This document shows positions 1 through 13,150 of a stretch of DNA of 64,000 nucleotides, one piece after another; within the stretch, counting starts at the first letter, position 1; every line of letters starts with the position of its first letter. The notes below the pieces were generated by a model, which was not told the origin of the DNA, made no database searches, and worked only from the letters and a program-made list of their open reading frames with translations. This stretch comes from Octopus sinensis (taxonomy: Eukaryota). The translations under genes were made by a program, and so were the position numbers. The stretch is taken from assembly GCF_006345805.1 (NCBI RefSeq), contig NC_042998.1, forward strand, positions 79,422,001-79,486,000. The letters run 5' to 3'.

Positions 1-54
1 TGAAATAACTTGTAACCCCGCTGACGAAAGCGTTGGCATATATAACATTTGGGG

Positions 55-170
55 TTACGACTTTGCCTTTCATCATTTCGGATAAAATAAGTACCAGTTG
101 AGCATTGGGGTCGATTTAGTCGATTTATCCCCACCCTTGAACTTACTGGCTTTGTACCAAAATTTGAGAC
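55..170 (+). mobile_element. tRNA-derived SINE family A, 3' fragment
   Basis: ctttgcctttcatc...ataagtaccagttgagcattggggtcgat matches the fuller copy at 42157-42545. Confidence 0.8.
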
Positions 171-668
171 CAATACTACATCTGTGGCTTCAAAATACAT
201 AGGCATGTAATAATCTCAAGTTGTGAACGGAAATGTATCTTTCCCAATTTTCGTCTCAATTTTTCTAGAAGCCTTTCGCTACTGTGGTAATACGAGTTCT
301 GAGACAAAATTATATCTCTTTGCTTTCTGCACAGTATCATCATACAGGATATAAAATGAATCTTCCTCTTATTTTTCAAAACTTGTTTAATAATTATAAT
401 CATCCTTTGTTCATCTATTGACAGCATTTTAGCTGCATGATTAAATATTAGCTTTGATAAATTGTTTGTATATGAGTACAGGACGCATTTCGCCTTTGTT
501 GAGGCTTTGCTTATCTCGGATAATTCAACAACATCAAGCCTTCCAATGCTGTGTATCCATTTAGTGTGACATACAGATGGCGATTTTTGTTTAATACTCT
601 TTCAGTTGCGTATATCGAATTTTCGAACAGCCCAAAAACTTCCGCACTCACAAACATATACATACATG

Positions 669-700
669 TGTGTGCATGTATGTGTGCGCATGTGTGTGTG

Positions 701-770
<70 letters not shown>

Positions 771-808
771 GTGTGCGCGTGCGTGCGCGTGAGTGCATGT
801 GCGTGTGT
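669..808. repeat. (TG)n/(CG) microsatellite
   Basis: direct inspection. Confidence 0.95.
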
Positions 809-1261
809 TGAGTTTGAGTGTAATGTTTGTTAATAGAAATAAATTCAGAATGGACCGAGCTAGGCGGTCGACGGTTATGATACTTGGTTCAAATTGTGTA
901 CAGGAATTTTATGTCGATGGTAAATAAGTGTTATGAGAGCCCAGACCAACGAAAAACAAATTGAAATGTTCAAGGACAAAGTTAGTATCCTTTATCCATA
1001 AAGGCAAGGTAGCGACGAATGTTGACGTCAGTATATCAATTACAGACTTACTTGTGACTGCATCTCGTCATACACGCAAACTGAATGTAAAACAATAATA
1101 GTATTCTTTTTATGCCCATCATATATCCACCGTAAACATATATAGGTAGTGATGATAGCATATTTCCGCATAACTAATCGCTTAATTGCTATATTTAGTG
1201 GGTGGTCATTTTGCCAATAAACACAAACGCTAGCTATTTGATCTTCACTTTAGCCTTGATA

Positions 1262-1460
1262 TTATTATTAGTTTATTCGCCAGAGTCCTTTCGTCACACA
1301 TTCTGTGACCGCTTCAAGGAATACCTATTCTTCACCATGTCTCCTCTTCTCTCTAGTCTTGTCTATTCCAACCAGATAAAAGAGAAGACACAGAGAAGAA
1401 TAGTCAAAGAAGAGGTCACATAATGTATTACGAAAGAACTCTGACAAATAAACAAATAAT
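1262..1460. mobile_element. fold-back element, family F1, probably PLE pseudo-LTR derived
   Basis: arms 1272-1315 and 1409-1452 are imperfect reverse complements; similar to 12870-13150. Confidence 0.6.
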
Positions 1461-1482
1461 AATGATGATGATGATTATAACA

Positions 1483-1536
<54 letters not shown>

Positions 1537-1555
1537 TAATAATAAAGTATTGTGT

Positions 1556-1853
1556 ATTGTTTGTAAAGAATAAAAAGTTTTGAATGGTACAACAATGCAC
1601 TATAATACAATACAAAAAATAGACTATATACCTGTTATAATTTAGTTATCCATAGTCCGATGATATTTCGGAATAAAATTCCTGTTTCCGCTATAGTCGG
1701 TTTTCCAACGGATTTTCTTTTTTCAGAAGGAATTTTATTCCGAAATATCATCGGACTATGGATAATTAAATTACAACAGGTATATAGTCCATTTTTTTTT
1801 GTATTATAGTACGTTGTTGTACCATTCGAAACTTTTTATTCTTTACAAATAAT
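1556..1853. mobile_element. fold-back element, family F2, about 128 bp arms and 44 bp loop
   Basis: 1556-1683 is a near-perfect reverse complement of 1728-1853; flanked by (AAT)n; related copy at 11300-11510. Confidence 0.8.
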
Positions 1854-1880
1854 AATAGTAATAACAACAACAACAACAAC

Positions 1881-1915
<35 letters not shown>

Positions 1916-1916
<1 letters not shown>

Positions 1917-2125
1917 TTGCATTTTGGCACAAGGCCAGCAATTTCGAGGACAGCGGGGTAAGTCGATTACATCGACCCCAGGGCCCAACTGGTACTTAAT
2001 TTATCGATCTCAAAAGGATGAAAGGCAAAATTGACCTCAGCGGAATTTGAATTCAGAACGTAGAGATGGACGAAATGCCACTAAGCATTTTTGTCCGGCG
2101 TGCTATTCTGCCAGCTCCCCGCCTT
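1916..2125 (-). mobile_element. SINE family A, near full length
   Basis: reverse complement of the family A consensus; flanked by (AAT)n/(AAC)n. Confidence 0.85.
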
Positions 2126-2126
2126 A

Positions 2127-2207
<81 letters not shown>

Positions 2208-2209
2208 TG

Positions 2210-2251
<42 letters not shown>

Positions 2252-2269
2252 GTAATAATAATAATAATG

Positions 2270-2332
<63 letters not shown>
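2126..2332. repeat. (AAT)n microsatellite
   Basis: direct inspection. Confidence 0.95.
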
Positions 2333-3390
2333 GTGGAGTCCATCATCCGCGTGCAGACACTGATCACCTATACATGAAGAGAGCGATTGGAGGAAGAGGA
2401 CTGATAAGTGTGGAAGACTGTACGTATCGAACTCGGAAGCTTAATGAGACACCTAGGTCAAAGTATGGAAACATTGCTAGTGACAGTTAGGGAACGAGGG
2501 AGTATTGAAAGTTGAGAAAAAAGGAAAAACGAAGAAAGGAGTACAAAAAGGAAGCGAAAAAGAATTATTCAATTAGGGACTACACAATCACTTCCATGTA
2601 GGCACAACAGAAGTTACTGGAAAAAATAGGCGGGATTGGTTGAAGAAAGGAACGGTAAAAAAAGAGACCACGCTTTGACCACGAACTAGAGGCTCAACCT
2701 GAGGAATGAGCAAGTGTCTCCGCTGTGCCGTATCTGTAATAGAGTGAATGAAACCATTATCCATATCAAACAGATGCCCTAGACTTGCCCAAAACCACTA
2801 CAAGTTGTTGTGACATGATCAGGTAACAAAAGTGCTACTTTGGAAACAGTGCGAAAAGTTGAGGCTAGAGAGAGGCAAGACGTGATATGAGCACAAACTG
2901 CAGAGAGTGGCGGAGTCGGAGACTAGCAAACTCCTCTGGGATTTCTCAATCCAAACAGAAATGGTGCCAGAGCATAACAAACCGGACCTAGTGGTGGTCG
3001 ACAAGATGCACCACATGTGCTATATAGTTGATGTTACATGCCCCTACGACCCATGAATAGTCAAGAAGGAAGGCGCAAAAATAGATAAATACAACCCTGT
3101 TAAGTACAAAATAGACCGGTTAAGGAAAATGAAGAAGGTGAAGATAGTGCCAATTATTGTTGGGTCCTTGGGAACAGTATCAGAAGGCACCAAGAGGAAT
3201 ATGAAAGAAATTGGAATAGAGTGCCCAATAGAACTGTTACAAAAGGTTTGCCTCCTTGGTACGGCCAGAATAATTTGGAAAATATTAGATAGCTGAAAAG
3301 AACGGATAGCATGGTCCGTAGGCAGCAGGTATCAAGCTCGCTAAGCATACACGACTCCAAGAGTTCCAACAAAATCTGTGACAAAAAGAA
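2333..3390 (+). mobile_element. 5'-truncated R4/Dong-type non-LTR retrotransposon with restriction-like endonuclease, degraded
   Basis: translates to HPRADTDHLYMKRAIGGRGLISVEDC, zinc knuckle CRICNRVNETIIHI, LWDFSIQT..HNKPDLVVVDK..IVDVTCPYD..KIDKY, VPIIVGSLG..LQKVCLLGTARII; stops and frameshifts; bordered by (TAA)n. Confidence 0.9.
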
Positions 3391-3449
3391 ATAATAATAA
3401 TAGATAGTGCATGTGTTTATTTTGCAAAATGACCATCCCCAAATATAAC

Positions 3450-3878
3450 AATATCTAAAGTAAAGATTATTTGCGAACATAACATAGCAGTCCTGGTTTT
3501 GGACGAATGTTGCTGTAATTTAGCCCTAGGATGCATCGTCTTCAGTTGGCTATACAACACGACTTGTGTCCTTATATTTTCGAACAAGGGCATTTTTCAC
3601 ACCCACTCAGCTCAAAACAATATCTGTGTATCGCGATTTCCAGGTTATTTCCCTTCATCAGCACAGAATAATTGCTTGGCTAGAGGTGGCGCTGCCAAAT
3701 TCCTGTTTGAAATATATAGTTTTCAAAGTGACAACTAGTCACTGATCTATAAAAGGACACAGATTGTGTCGTATAGCCAGCTGGAGACGATGTCACCTGG
3801 GGCTAAATTACAGCAACATTTGTCCTAAACCAGGACTACCATGTTATGTTAATAAACAATCTTTACTCTAGAGTACTG
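3450..3878. mobile_element. MITE with long (over 100 bp) terminal inverted repeats
   Basis: aacataacatagcagtcctgg... at 3476 versus ...ccaggactaccatgttatgtt ending 3850; inverted similarity extends to about 3450/3878. Confidence 0.85.
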
Positions 3879-4065
3879 TTTCTGAATATCTCTCGTTGAG
3901 AGATTTACAAATAGTAATTTTCTATTTTATGACAATACCTATCTCAACACACGACTTCACATCAAGAATCTTGCAAAACAAATACATAAGCGTTATCGCT
4001 TAATTATTTTACTTGTAAGTAGGATCGTTATTGACCAACTATTGTTCTTTAAACAATGCAGTACG

Positions 4066-4272
4066 CTAAGCGGACCTTATTAAATTTCTTCAACCACTTG
4101 ATTTATTTCAAATTATGCCCAGATTATTTTCCAAAAAGTTGATTATGAAAATCGCATTTATTTTACCTAGAAAATTAATAATAAAGAAGTTACATCAGTG
4201 TAGAAAATTTTAAAAACATCTGGTGAAATTCTTCAAGTGGTTGAAAGAAATTTAGCAAGATCTCGCTAAGCC
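4066..4272. mobile_element. degenerate fold-back/MITE
   Basis: aaatttcttcaaccacttga (about 4082) is inverted to tcaagtggttgaaagaaattt (about 4233). Confidence 0.55.
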
Positions 4273-5380
4273 TAGCCAACTGACAAAATACTTTTACACC
4301 GTTCGTCACTATTATTTTTTCAGTAAGTGCTGGAGGGTATACTTCTCAATATCCCCCAAACTTTTCCATATATTCAAAACGTCTCCGTACATGGCCTTGA
4401 ATTTGTCAGACCTTACAGCAGTTTTAAAACTTCAAATTCTATGATACAAAAAATATGTTGATCAAAAATTGAATAGTTTAAGAAAATTAAAGGAATTCTT
4501 CAACAGTAACTAGTTTGAAGAATGAAAAAAAAACTGCTATTAATTTACTTTTAGCGACAAAATGTGCAAATAAAAACTGTAATAAACTTGAATAAATGAA
4601 TTTTGCTTGAAAACAAATCATACAGTGATGATCAAAAACATTGAGACTCCTCTATGAATTTGAGATTAAAAAAAGAATGCATCCAATTTTAGATTGAGTA
4701 ATATCATAAAGAAAAAGTTCACCAAAATTGTTTACACCTCGAAAAATATCAAGCGTAATTGAAAAAGCTATATTTTTTAGCTTAGCTGCTTCATTTGTAA
4801 TTATGTATTTGTTTGTTTTTTAAAAAAGGACATACAGTTACTCCCTCCCCACCCTCTCTCTCCTTCCATCTATGTCAGTATGAATATATACATACGTCTC
4901 GACCAACATGTGTCCCCGCTACCGAAACGGTAATTATTTCTACGCCAGCTATGTTGTTGTTGTTGTTTTTGTCTCATTTGGTCTAAAGTCGTATGACAAC
5001 CACTGTTATATATATTTTGTTTATTCATTACTGTTTTCAATTTCGTTTTCGTCTCTTGTATTCACATCCGTCTTGTGCGTTCACATTCCTGTCTTCTACC
5101 AAGAAATCTAATGCTTACAGCTTAGTTTTTTTTTTTCTGGGGCTGCCGAGTTGGAGCAAATATCAGAATTGAACAGCCGAAATTTGCTATGATGATTCGG
5201 TGTCTGACTGAAGATTGAAGGCTTCGAATGATTTGTCTGTGTTCCGTGTTCGTCCCTTCCTGTATTTCACGTTCATTATATATAAAAACATTCATTCTTA
5301 TATATATATATATATATATATATATCCGCGTGTGTGTGAGAGAGAGTATATTTATATGAATGCATATATATATATATTAC

Positions 5381-5437
<57 letters not shown>

Positions 5438-5496
5438 GAATATTTAGCAGAAGCAACAGAGTGACTCAAGGTCCAAGAGTTTCGACAGACAGACAG

Positions 5497-5572
<76 letters not shown>

Positions 5573-5611
5573 GAAACAGCTTTTTCCGACAAATTGTGTT
5601 GAAAATATGAC

Positions 5612-5706
5612 TTTTATCTTTTACTTCTTTCAGTCATTTGGCTGCTGCCATGCTTGGGCACTACTTTGAAGGGTTTACTTGAACAAATCGACCCTAATAC
5701 TTCATG

Positions 5707-5779
<73 letters not shown>

Positions 5780-5943
5780 TATATATGACGGGCTTCTTTT
5801 AGTATCCGTCTACCAAATCTACTCACAAAGCTATGGTCGACCCGAGGCTACAATAGAAGACATTTGCTCAAGATACCACGCAGTGGGACTGAACCTGGAA
5901 CCATGTGGGAAACAAGCTTACCCCACACAGCCACGCCTGCACC
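5612..5943 (-). mobile_element. SINE family B (tRNA head, internal microsatellite, LINE-like tail)
   Basis: reverse complement of the 7638-8104 type. Confidence 0.85.
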
Positions 5944-5967
5944 CATAGATATATATATATATATATA

Positions 5968-6410
<443 letters not shown>

Positions 6411-6451
6411 ATAATATTTTGAAATCATTTAATATGCACACTTCAGGCTTA

Positions 6452-6968
6452 TGTAATATATATAAAACTGTAGTTGTGTGAGTGTATGTCCCCTTCGATT
6501 TGGATTCCTAACTACTCCCACATTTTGCGGTGCGGTTTAAGTTTAACCCAATTCGGGTATCTATAGTCGTGATTCATATCGCCCGTCTGAGTATTAGCGC
6601 GCGTCTACGATGAGTCTACGATTTTAAAAATAATTTAACATCATTTTTATTCCATTTTAATGCATAATTTTCGTGTGTCGATGGCGGCGGGAGTTGGCGT
6701 CCATGGTCACACCTGCACCTGTTTGCTTCTCCCCCTTCTTTCCTTCCCTCGTGAAGCTGTGGGGAAGGGAGTGTAAGGAAATCAACGTCGTAAAGCGTTG
6801 TCAAGGAGACCAGCATTCTTTTAGAACAACGACTTCATGGCTTGAAGACACCAAAACAGAAATGGCTAAGAAAGCCCGAATTGGCATCTATAAGGGAAGT
6901 AACTCTCTAAAAATGCTTATATAGTTATTTCCCTTACAAACCCGAGCAACGCCGGGCGATACTGCTAG
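6452..6968 (+). mobile_element. non-autonomous Helitron
   Basis: 5' tatatataaaactg; 3' hairpin cccgagcaacgccggg followed by CTAG|T at 6965-6969. Confidence 0.8.
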
Positions 6969-7238
6969 TGTAATATACGATAGGAAATGCATCCATTGCG
7001 TAAACCTTAGGTTTACCTAATGAATGCGTTTCCCATTATATTTTTTAAGCAAAGCTGAAACATGGGTATGATTTCAAAATATCACTTTTTTTGGTTCCAT
7101 TTCGTTATTACAAGTTATGCGACTCAACACCAGTACAAACAAGCCAGTCTATACACCGCTTAATGCGGGTACTCTAACAACGATTTGGAGTAGATTGTTA
7201 TATTTGATTCAAGTCGAAAATTCTGGTACCGCGCATTG

Positions 7239-7520
<282 letters not shown>

Positions 7521-7637
7521 TATATAGATATATATAAAATAAGGATAAAAATCACGTTATCGATAATTATCAGGTAGTCAACACGGAAATAAGCAATTTA
7601 TATATTAAATTGCTAATGATATATACATATATATATA

Positions 7638-7802
7638 GGCGCAGGAGTGGCTGTGTGGTAAGTAGCTTGCTTACCAACCATATAGTTCCGGGTTCAGTCC
7701 CACTGTGTGACATCTTGGGCAAGTGTCTTCCGCTATAGCCTCGGGCCGACCAATGCCTTGTGAATGGATTTGGTAGACGGAAACTGAAAGAAGCCTGTCG
7801 TA

Positions 7803-7890
<88 letters not shown>

Positions 7891-8104
7891 GTTTGTGTGT
7901 CTGTGTTTGTTCCCCCACCATCGCTTGACAACCGATGCTGTGTGTGTTTACGTTCCCGTCACTTAGCGGTTCGGCAAAAAGAGACCGATAGAATAAGTAC
8001 TGGACTTACAAAGAATAAGTCCCGGGGTCGATTTGCTCGACTAAAGGTGGTGCTCCAGCATGGCCGCAGTCAAATGACTGAAACAAGTAAAAGAGTAAAA
8101 GAGT
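7638..8104 (+). mobile_element. SINE family B, full length
   Basis: ggcgcaggagtggctgtgtggtaag head, B-box-like ggttcagtccc, internal (TA)/(TG) tract, tail ggtggtgctccagcatggccgcagtcaaatgactgaaac. Confidence 0.9.
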
Positions 8105-8268
8105 AAATATATTTTATATAATTATTTTTAAGGGAGAAAGTCGAAGCATACTGAGTTAATGTCAAAACATTACGTAGCTTCGTAATGTTTGGACATTAAC
8201 TCAGTATGGAGATCAGTCTTGTTTAATGCCTCCTTTCTAAAACTTAATTCTTTAATTTTATATATATA

Positions 8269-9832
8269 CTAGCATTATGACCCGTCGTTGCCGGGTCATA
8301 GTGCTAGAGCATGTATATATGTGTATATATATGTGTACATATTACATGTACATCTATATATATACATCTACACATAAAATACAAAATACAAAGTTATATC
8401 TTGATATCGCTAGTGATAACAATACTCAAAATATATAACAGACTGGAATTGTAGGCCCGTCTCTTGCAATTTCGATCAATTGTATCTTGTCCTCCCTCTT
8501 GTATAGAAGTGTGGCTACAATCCAGCCTACCTTCTTCTGGGGGGAGGGGCATTTTTAATTTTTATCCGGGACGTCATACGTCCCAGATATAAAAGTAAAA
8601 ATAAAATATTTCCACTTTGCAAGGTTCGAGTCGAGTACTCCCTTGTACGCTCCGTTGACTCGAACCTTGCTTCTATTGTGGCGAATTTACCGCCTCTGGT
8701 TAGATATCTTTCATAGTCGCACCAAGACACTTTTCGATGGTGCTTTCCTCCAGGTATTCAAATCTTTTTTTCTCTACATTGTATACTTTATAGACAATAG
8801 TCTTTTCTTTAATTTAATTTTTCATTTCGTTTGGTGGTGTTATCCTAGATTCACCGTCTTTGTCGGTGATCAATCCGTATTTCTTCCATTTTCATTTCAA
8901 TGAGTTCGCGCCCGCCGACGGCTGTAGCGAATTTCATTTTTGGACTTTCTTCTACCGAAGGCATTCTAACAAAAATGCTTCCGTGTAAACGGTGAAAATA
9001 TTGTCAATTTCCCCAAACAGGGACACAATTCAATTTTTAAACAATAACCAAAGCTCCTTCTCCCAAAGGGGGAGGGTTACAGTTTACAATTATTTAACAA
9101 ATGCAACACAACAATGTTTCCTTTGCGAGGAACCAACAAACGTGATAACAATAGTTAAACAGTAATAATAATAACAACAAACCTTACGATGAATCAGAAA
9201 GCAGTAAGCAGTTGAAGCTTTAGTCCTTTATGTATAAGAAATAAACCAACAGCAGTACTCTGTAGAACCGGCTGTTCGAGAAAACAGATATTACATACAG
9301 CCAAACTTCATATAGATACTTAATGCTAGCTAATTAGCAGATAATCTAACGTAAAAAAGCAGCTCCATCTGGACGATTCCATTCTGCACGCTAATTTTAT
9401 TTTTAATTTATTCCCATTCATGTGAAACCACTTTTCAAGTTCAAGTCCTTGATGCAATTTTATACCAATTGCTATTTTTACTTTTGTTATGTTACGATTA
9501 TATTATACTTTAGTTGATTTTATTATTTACTACATATATTTCAATTGTTATTATTTTATTGTTAAAGTGAAAGTATCTGACATAAAATAGAGAAATGTTT
9601 GTGTTTCACTTTTAACACGTAATATTGAAATAGTGGAGAAGATATGATATTGCTATGGGCTCGCTCTAGGCAAGAAGTTGAACATTTTTTTTGCCGATGA
9701 CACTCCCCGGACCCTAAGTAAGGCATGTGTAAAATTTGAATGAAATTGGTTGTGTAGTTCTCAAGTTTTAGGGAAACACACAGACAGACAGACAGACAGA
9801 CACACACACATTCTCAGTTTTATATATATAGA
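8269..9832 (-). mobile_element. non-autonomous Helitron, 1.56 kb, with unexplained internal sequence
   Basis: minus strand A|TCTATATATATAAAACTGAG ... hairpin TGACCCGGCAACGACGGGTCA, then CTAG|T. Confidence 0.8.
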
Positions 9833-10689
9833 TAGATATATATATATGTCGACATACATACATACATACATACATAAATACCTTGTTGTTAACATTGGCA
9901 TTCCAATGTATTTGATCTAGGCTAGGAAACGATTCTTTCTCTGTTGTCAAGAAATCTTGAAATAATTAATGACATACATATATGTGTGTCAGTACTGACA
10001 AACATGAGAAAAAGTACTCAATAACGGAAACAGAATGTATAATTTATAACGTCACTTTGAAAGATTGACCTATCATATCAGCTGCTACTTTCTGGTGTTT
10101 GTAAAAGAGATTCTCTTCATAACTTCAAAATATCAACATAATATTGAATCCTAACATTGGTACAGTTCACAGATTTCACGATAAGACGAACAGGAAATTA
10201 AATTGACCCTTGTACTTCATCAGTTATTAATTTTGACGCAGTGACAGATTTAAATCTAAGCTAAATAAAGTACAGCGTTGGGTCTCACAATCTGCAGAGG
10301 CCTCAAAATAATTAAAAAGTATATAATTTTAATTTTTGTAACATTTCCTGCTGTATATTTTTATCAACTGGTCCTCCAAAAGCTTTTTATTGCTTAAGGT
10401 TTCACCAGTTCTAAATCCCAGATTGTAGCAACCCTAGAAGTATAAAAGATTATGTCAACTTTGTCATACTTTGATTTCAAGGTAACCTCGACGGAGACTC
10501 ATATTATCAATCTTAAAAGTATGAAAGGACATGTATGTATATGTATGTGTGCACGTGCATCTGTTCGTGTATTTTTCTTTGCTAGTTTCTGTATTTTACC
10601 TTATGTTTTGCTATAAACGCCCCTGGCCATGTAATTAGGATGGTGTGTTTATGGTTGTAAGATCTTGGGATCACTTCCTATCCTAGACC

Positions 10690-11795
10690 GGGCAGCGAAA
10701 AATTTTCCCACGAGAGTTCCGGACCCCAGTAATGAACTCATTTGCATACAGGCAAGCAGAGCTCACCTTGATCTTGTTGTCAAGTTAACAAACACACTCT
10801 ACCAAGTAAACTCAAGACGAAGAACGGTGCTGTAAATCGACCGATGGCCAAGTTATGCCTGATTTTACAAGGAGACAAGTAATTAGATAGATTTGCATCT
10901 ATACCAATTATCATATTTAGTTAGGGCACCATATTGTAAAGATGTGGCTGGGGAAAATGTGGGTAGAGGATGAGGCGCTAGCAACCCTCTCCCCTTACTG
11001 TTTTAGAAAGTAAACAACAACACAAATAACTAAGCAAGGGCAGCCATGGTTGAAACAAGAACAAGAACAACAGGCATTATTAAAAGAGAAAAGAAGCATG
11101 GTTATTCCTTAACCGAGTGACCCTATCTTATCGCCTGACAGGGTGAAAGTGATCAAGCTTTAAACCTCTAGAACTTTTTTTCTATATTTTTTCTGGAGAA
11201 AGTGAAATAACATCAGCAATTATGTTTGCGCAAGAGTATTATTGTGCCAGCATCGGAATAACCAGTGAACATCGAAGGATCAACACCAAGAAGGAAGAAA
11301 TATTATTTACATAAAGAATAAAATAACTATACAACAGACTATAATAACTATTGTAATTTAATCATCCATAATCTGAAGAAGGAATTTTTATTTCGAAATA
11401 TCATATTAGACTATGGATAATTAAATTACAACAGTTATTATAGAACTTTATTTATATTATAGTGCATTGTTGTGCCATTCAAAACATTTTATTCTTTAAA
11501 AACAATACACAATGTTTCAAGCGAACTACAATACTCTCCTATTATTTACATATATTTATTCGTTTGCCCTACAGGTTGTAAGAGACAGTAGTACTTGTAG
11601 TGATAGGGAAAAATCTATTTTCAATAGTGACAAAACTGTTGCTGTCTGCCAGTAGAGAGGGAAAAAGTAAGAAATGTACGGTGCTGACTAGAAAGGAAGA
11701 AAGGATAAAGGTGGCTCTGCTCTGATTGGCTGTATGCAAATGAGTTCATTACTGGGGTCCGGAACTCTCGTGGGAAAAAATATTCACGACTGGGC
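10690..11795. mobile_element. about 1.1 kb segment bounded by inverted repeats with a 49 bp perfect core
   Basis: 10703-10751 is the exact reverse complement of 11730-11778. Confidence 0.6.
11300..11510. mobile_element. degenerate copy of fold-back family F2
   Basis: ggaatttttatttcgaaatatcatattagactatggataattaaattacaacag matches 1729-1780. Confidence 0.7.
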
Positions 11796-12046
11796 AGCAC
11801 GTTGCGTTTCTGAGGAAGGCACTTCCTATCATATTGCACCAGTTTGCTCAGGTGTAAGAAAACAGCTGATAGAGCTATCTCTCCCTCTAAGCGTCACATC
11901 ATCGACTCTCCACCGAGTCGGAGTGAGAGGGCCAAAAAAATGTGTCTATGTCTGTTTGCAAGAAGATAGACGCCTAAAACAACTAACGAAAGTGCGTGGA
12001 ACAAGCTATGATGTTATATTCGAGTAAAGACTAAGCTGTATTCTGA

Positions 12047-12116
12047 AGCTCCGATGAAGCTATAAGTGGTGCACAAGCACTCGTTCTGCATCTTGTAGCA
12101 GAAACAGCTGTAAACT
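12047..12116 (+). ncRNA. degenerate type I hammerhead motif in a PLE terminus
   Basis: CCGATGA-agcta...tagca-GAAAC-AGCT-GTA. Confidence 0.5.
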
Positions 12117-12449
12117 AATGAAGTTCATTACATAATTTCCTGTTCTTTTGTCATTTATTTTAATTTTATATTACGCCTTGTACTCGACAAGCGCTTTATT
12201 CTGAAGCATATTTATAGTGAGTTCTAACACCATGTTATTTGTATCGCTATGCCGAAGCATAATACATATATACATGCAAACATACATGCATTCACGTATT
12301 TGAATTACATGACACTATATAACATATACCTGGATAATCTTAATTCAGTTGTCATCACAGCTGTCCGTCGAATGGAAACGTGAAACTCTAAGTAATAGTT
12401 CTGTGAGATTTTGCAGCTTTAATACAAAATATGTACGTGTGTGTGTGTA

Positions 12450-12575
12450 CGTTAATGCCTCAATATACGAGTTAATGTGTTTCCGCAGACCGCTCGTAAA
12501 GCGAAAAATCGTAAACAGAAAATAAAATTCGTATAACTCGTCGACCCGGGGTCCCGTAAAGAGAAGTATTACTGT
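12450..12575. mobile_element. pogo/Tigger-like MITE remnant
   Basis: cctcaatatacgag versus cgtaaagagaagtattactg|ta. Confidence 0.5.
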
Positions 12576-12869
12576 ATGTATACGTATGTGTATGTATGTA
12601 TGTATGTATGTATGTATGTATGTATGTATGTATGTATGTATGTATGTATGTATGTATGTGTGTGTGTGTATTAAATAAAATGAGACAACAAAGCCAAAAC
12701 AGTGTGAAACTTATACTATTATCGAACCGGAAGTCTAACTACGGTCCTTCCGTAGCACTTGCGTAGCCTTACCTACAATCTTGGGTCATCTGGGTACCAA
12801 AACCTCTTGTGTGTGTGTGTGTGTGTGTGGTGTGTGTGTGTGTGTGTGTGTTGTATTTCGGGACGGTCA

Positions 12870-13150
12870 CTTTTCCCCAAATAAACACACGCACTATATA
12901 TTTTTCCTTCACTCGTTTATTACTGTTATTTTATTATTTTAACTCATGTCCATTGTCCGGAAATCTTTCGTTACACATTTGTGACCTCTTCAACGATACT
13001 TTTCGTTTTCGTGTGTGTTCTTGCTCCACTTATTCCATTCTGAGAGAAGTCACAGATGTGTGAAGAAAGATTTCCGGACAATGGACATGAGTTAAAACAA
13101 TACAATAAGAACAGTAAAAAATATCTAGTGTGTCTGTTTATTTGGCAAAA
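12870..13150. mobile_element. fold-back element, family F1
   Basis: arms 12937-12990 and 13046-13098 (ttttaactcatgtccattgtccggaaatctttc / gaaagatttccggacaatggacatgagttaaaa). Confidence 0.75.

Noticed and set aside
176-427. ORF starting MLSIDEQR, vaguely like a Tc1/mariner N-terminus
   Set aside because: No HTH, DDE motif or TIR found; similarity too short
7638-7720. A/B-box-like tRNA motifs
   Set aside because: They are SINE heads; no complete cloverleaf, so no tRNA gene is called anywhere in the window
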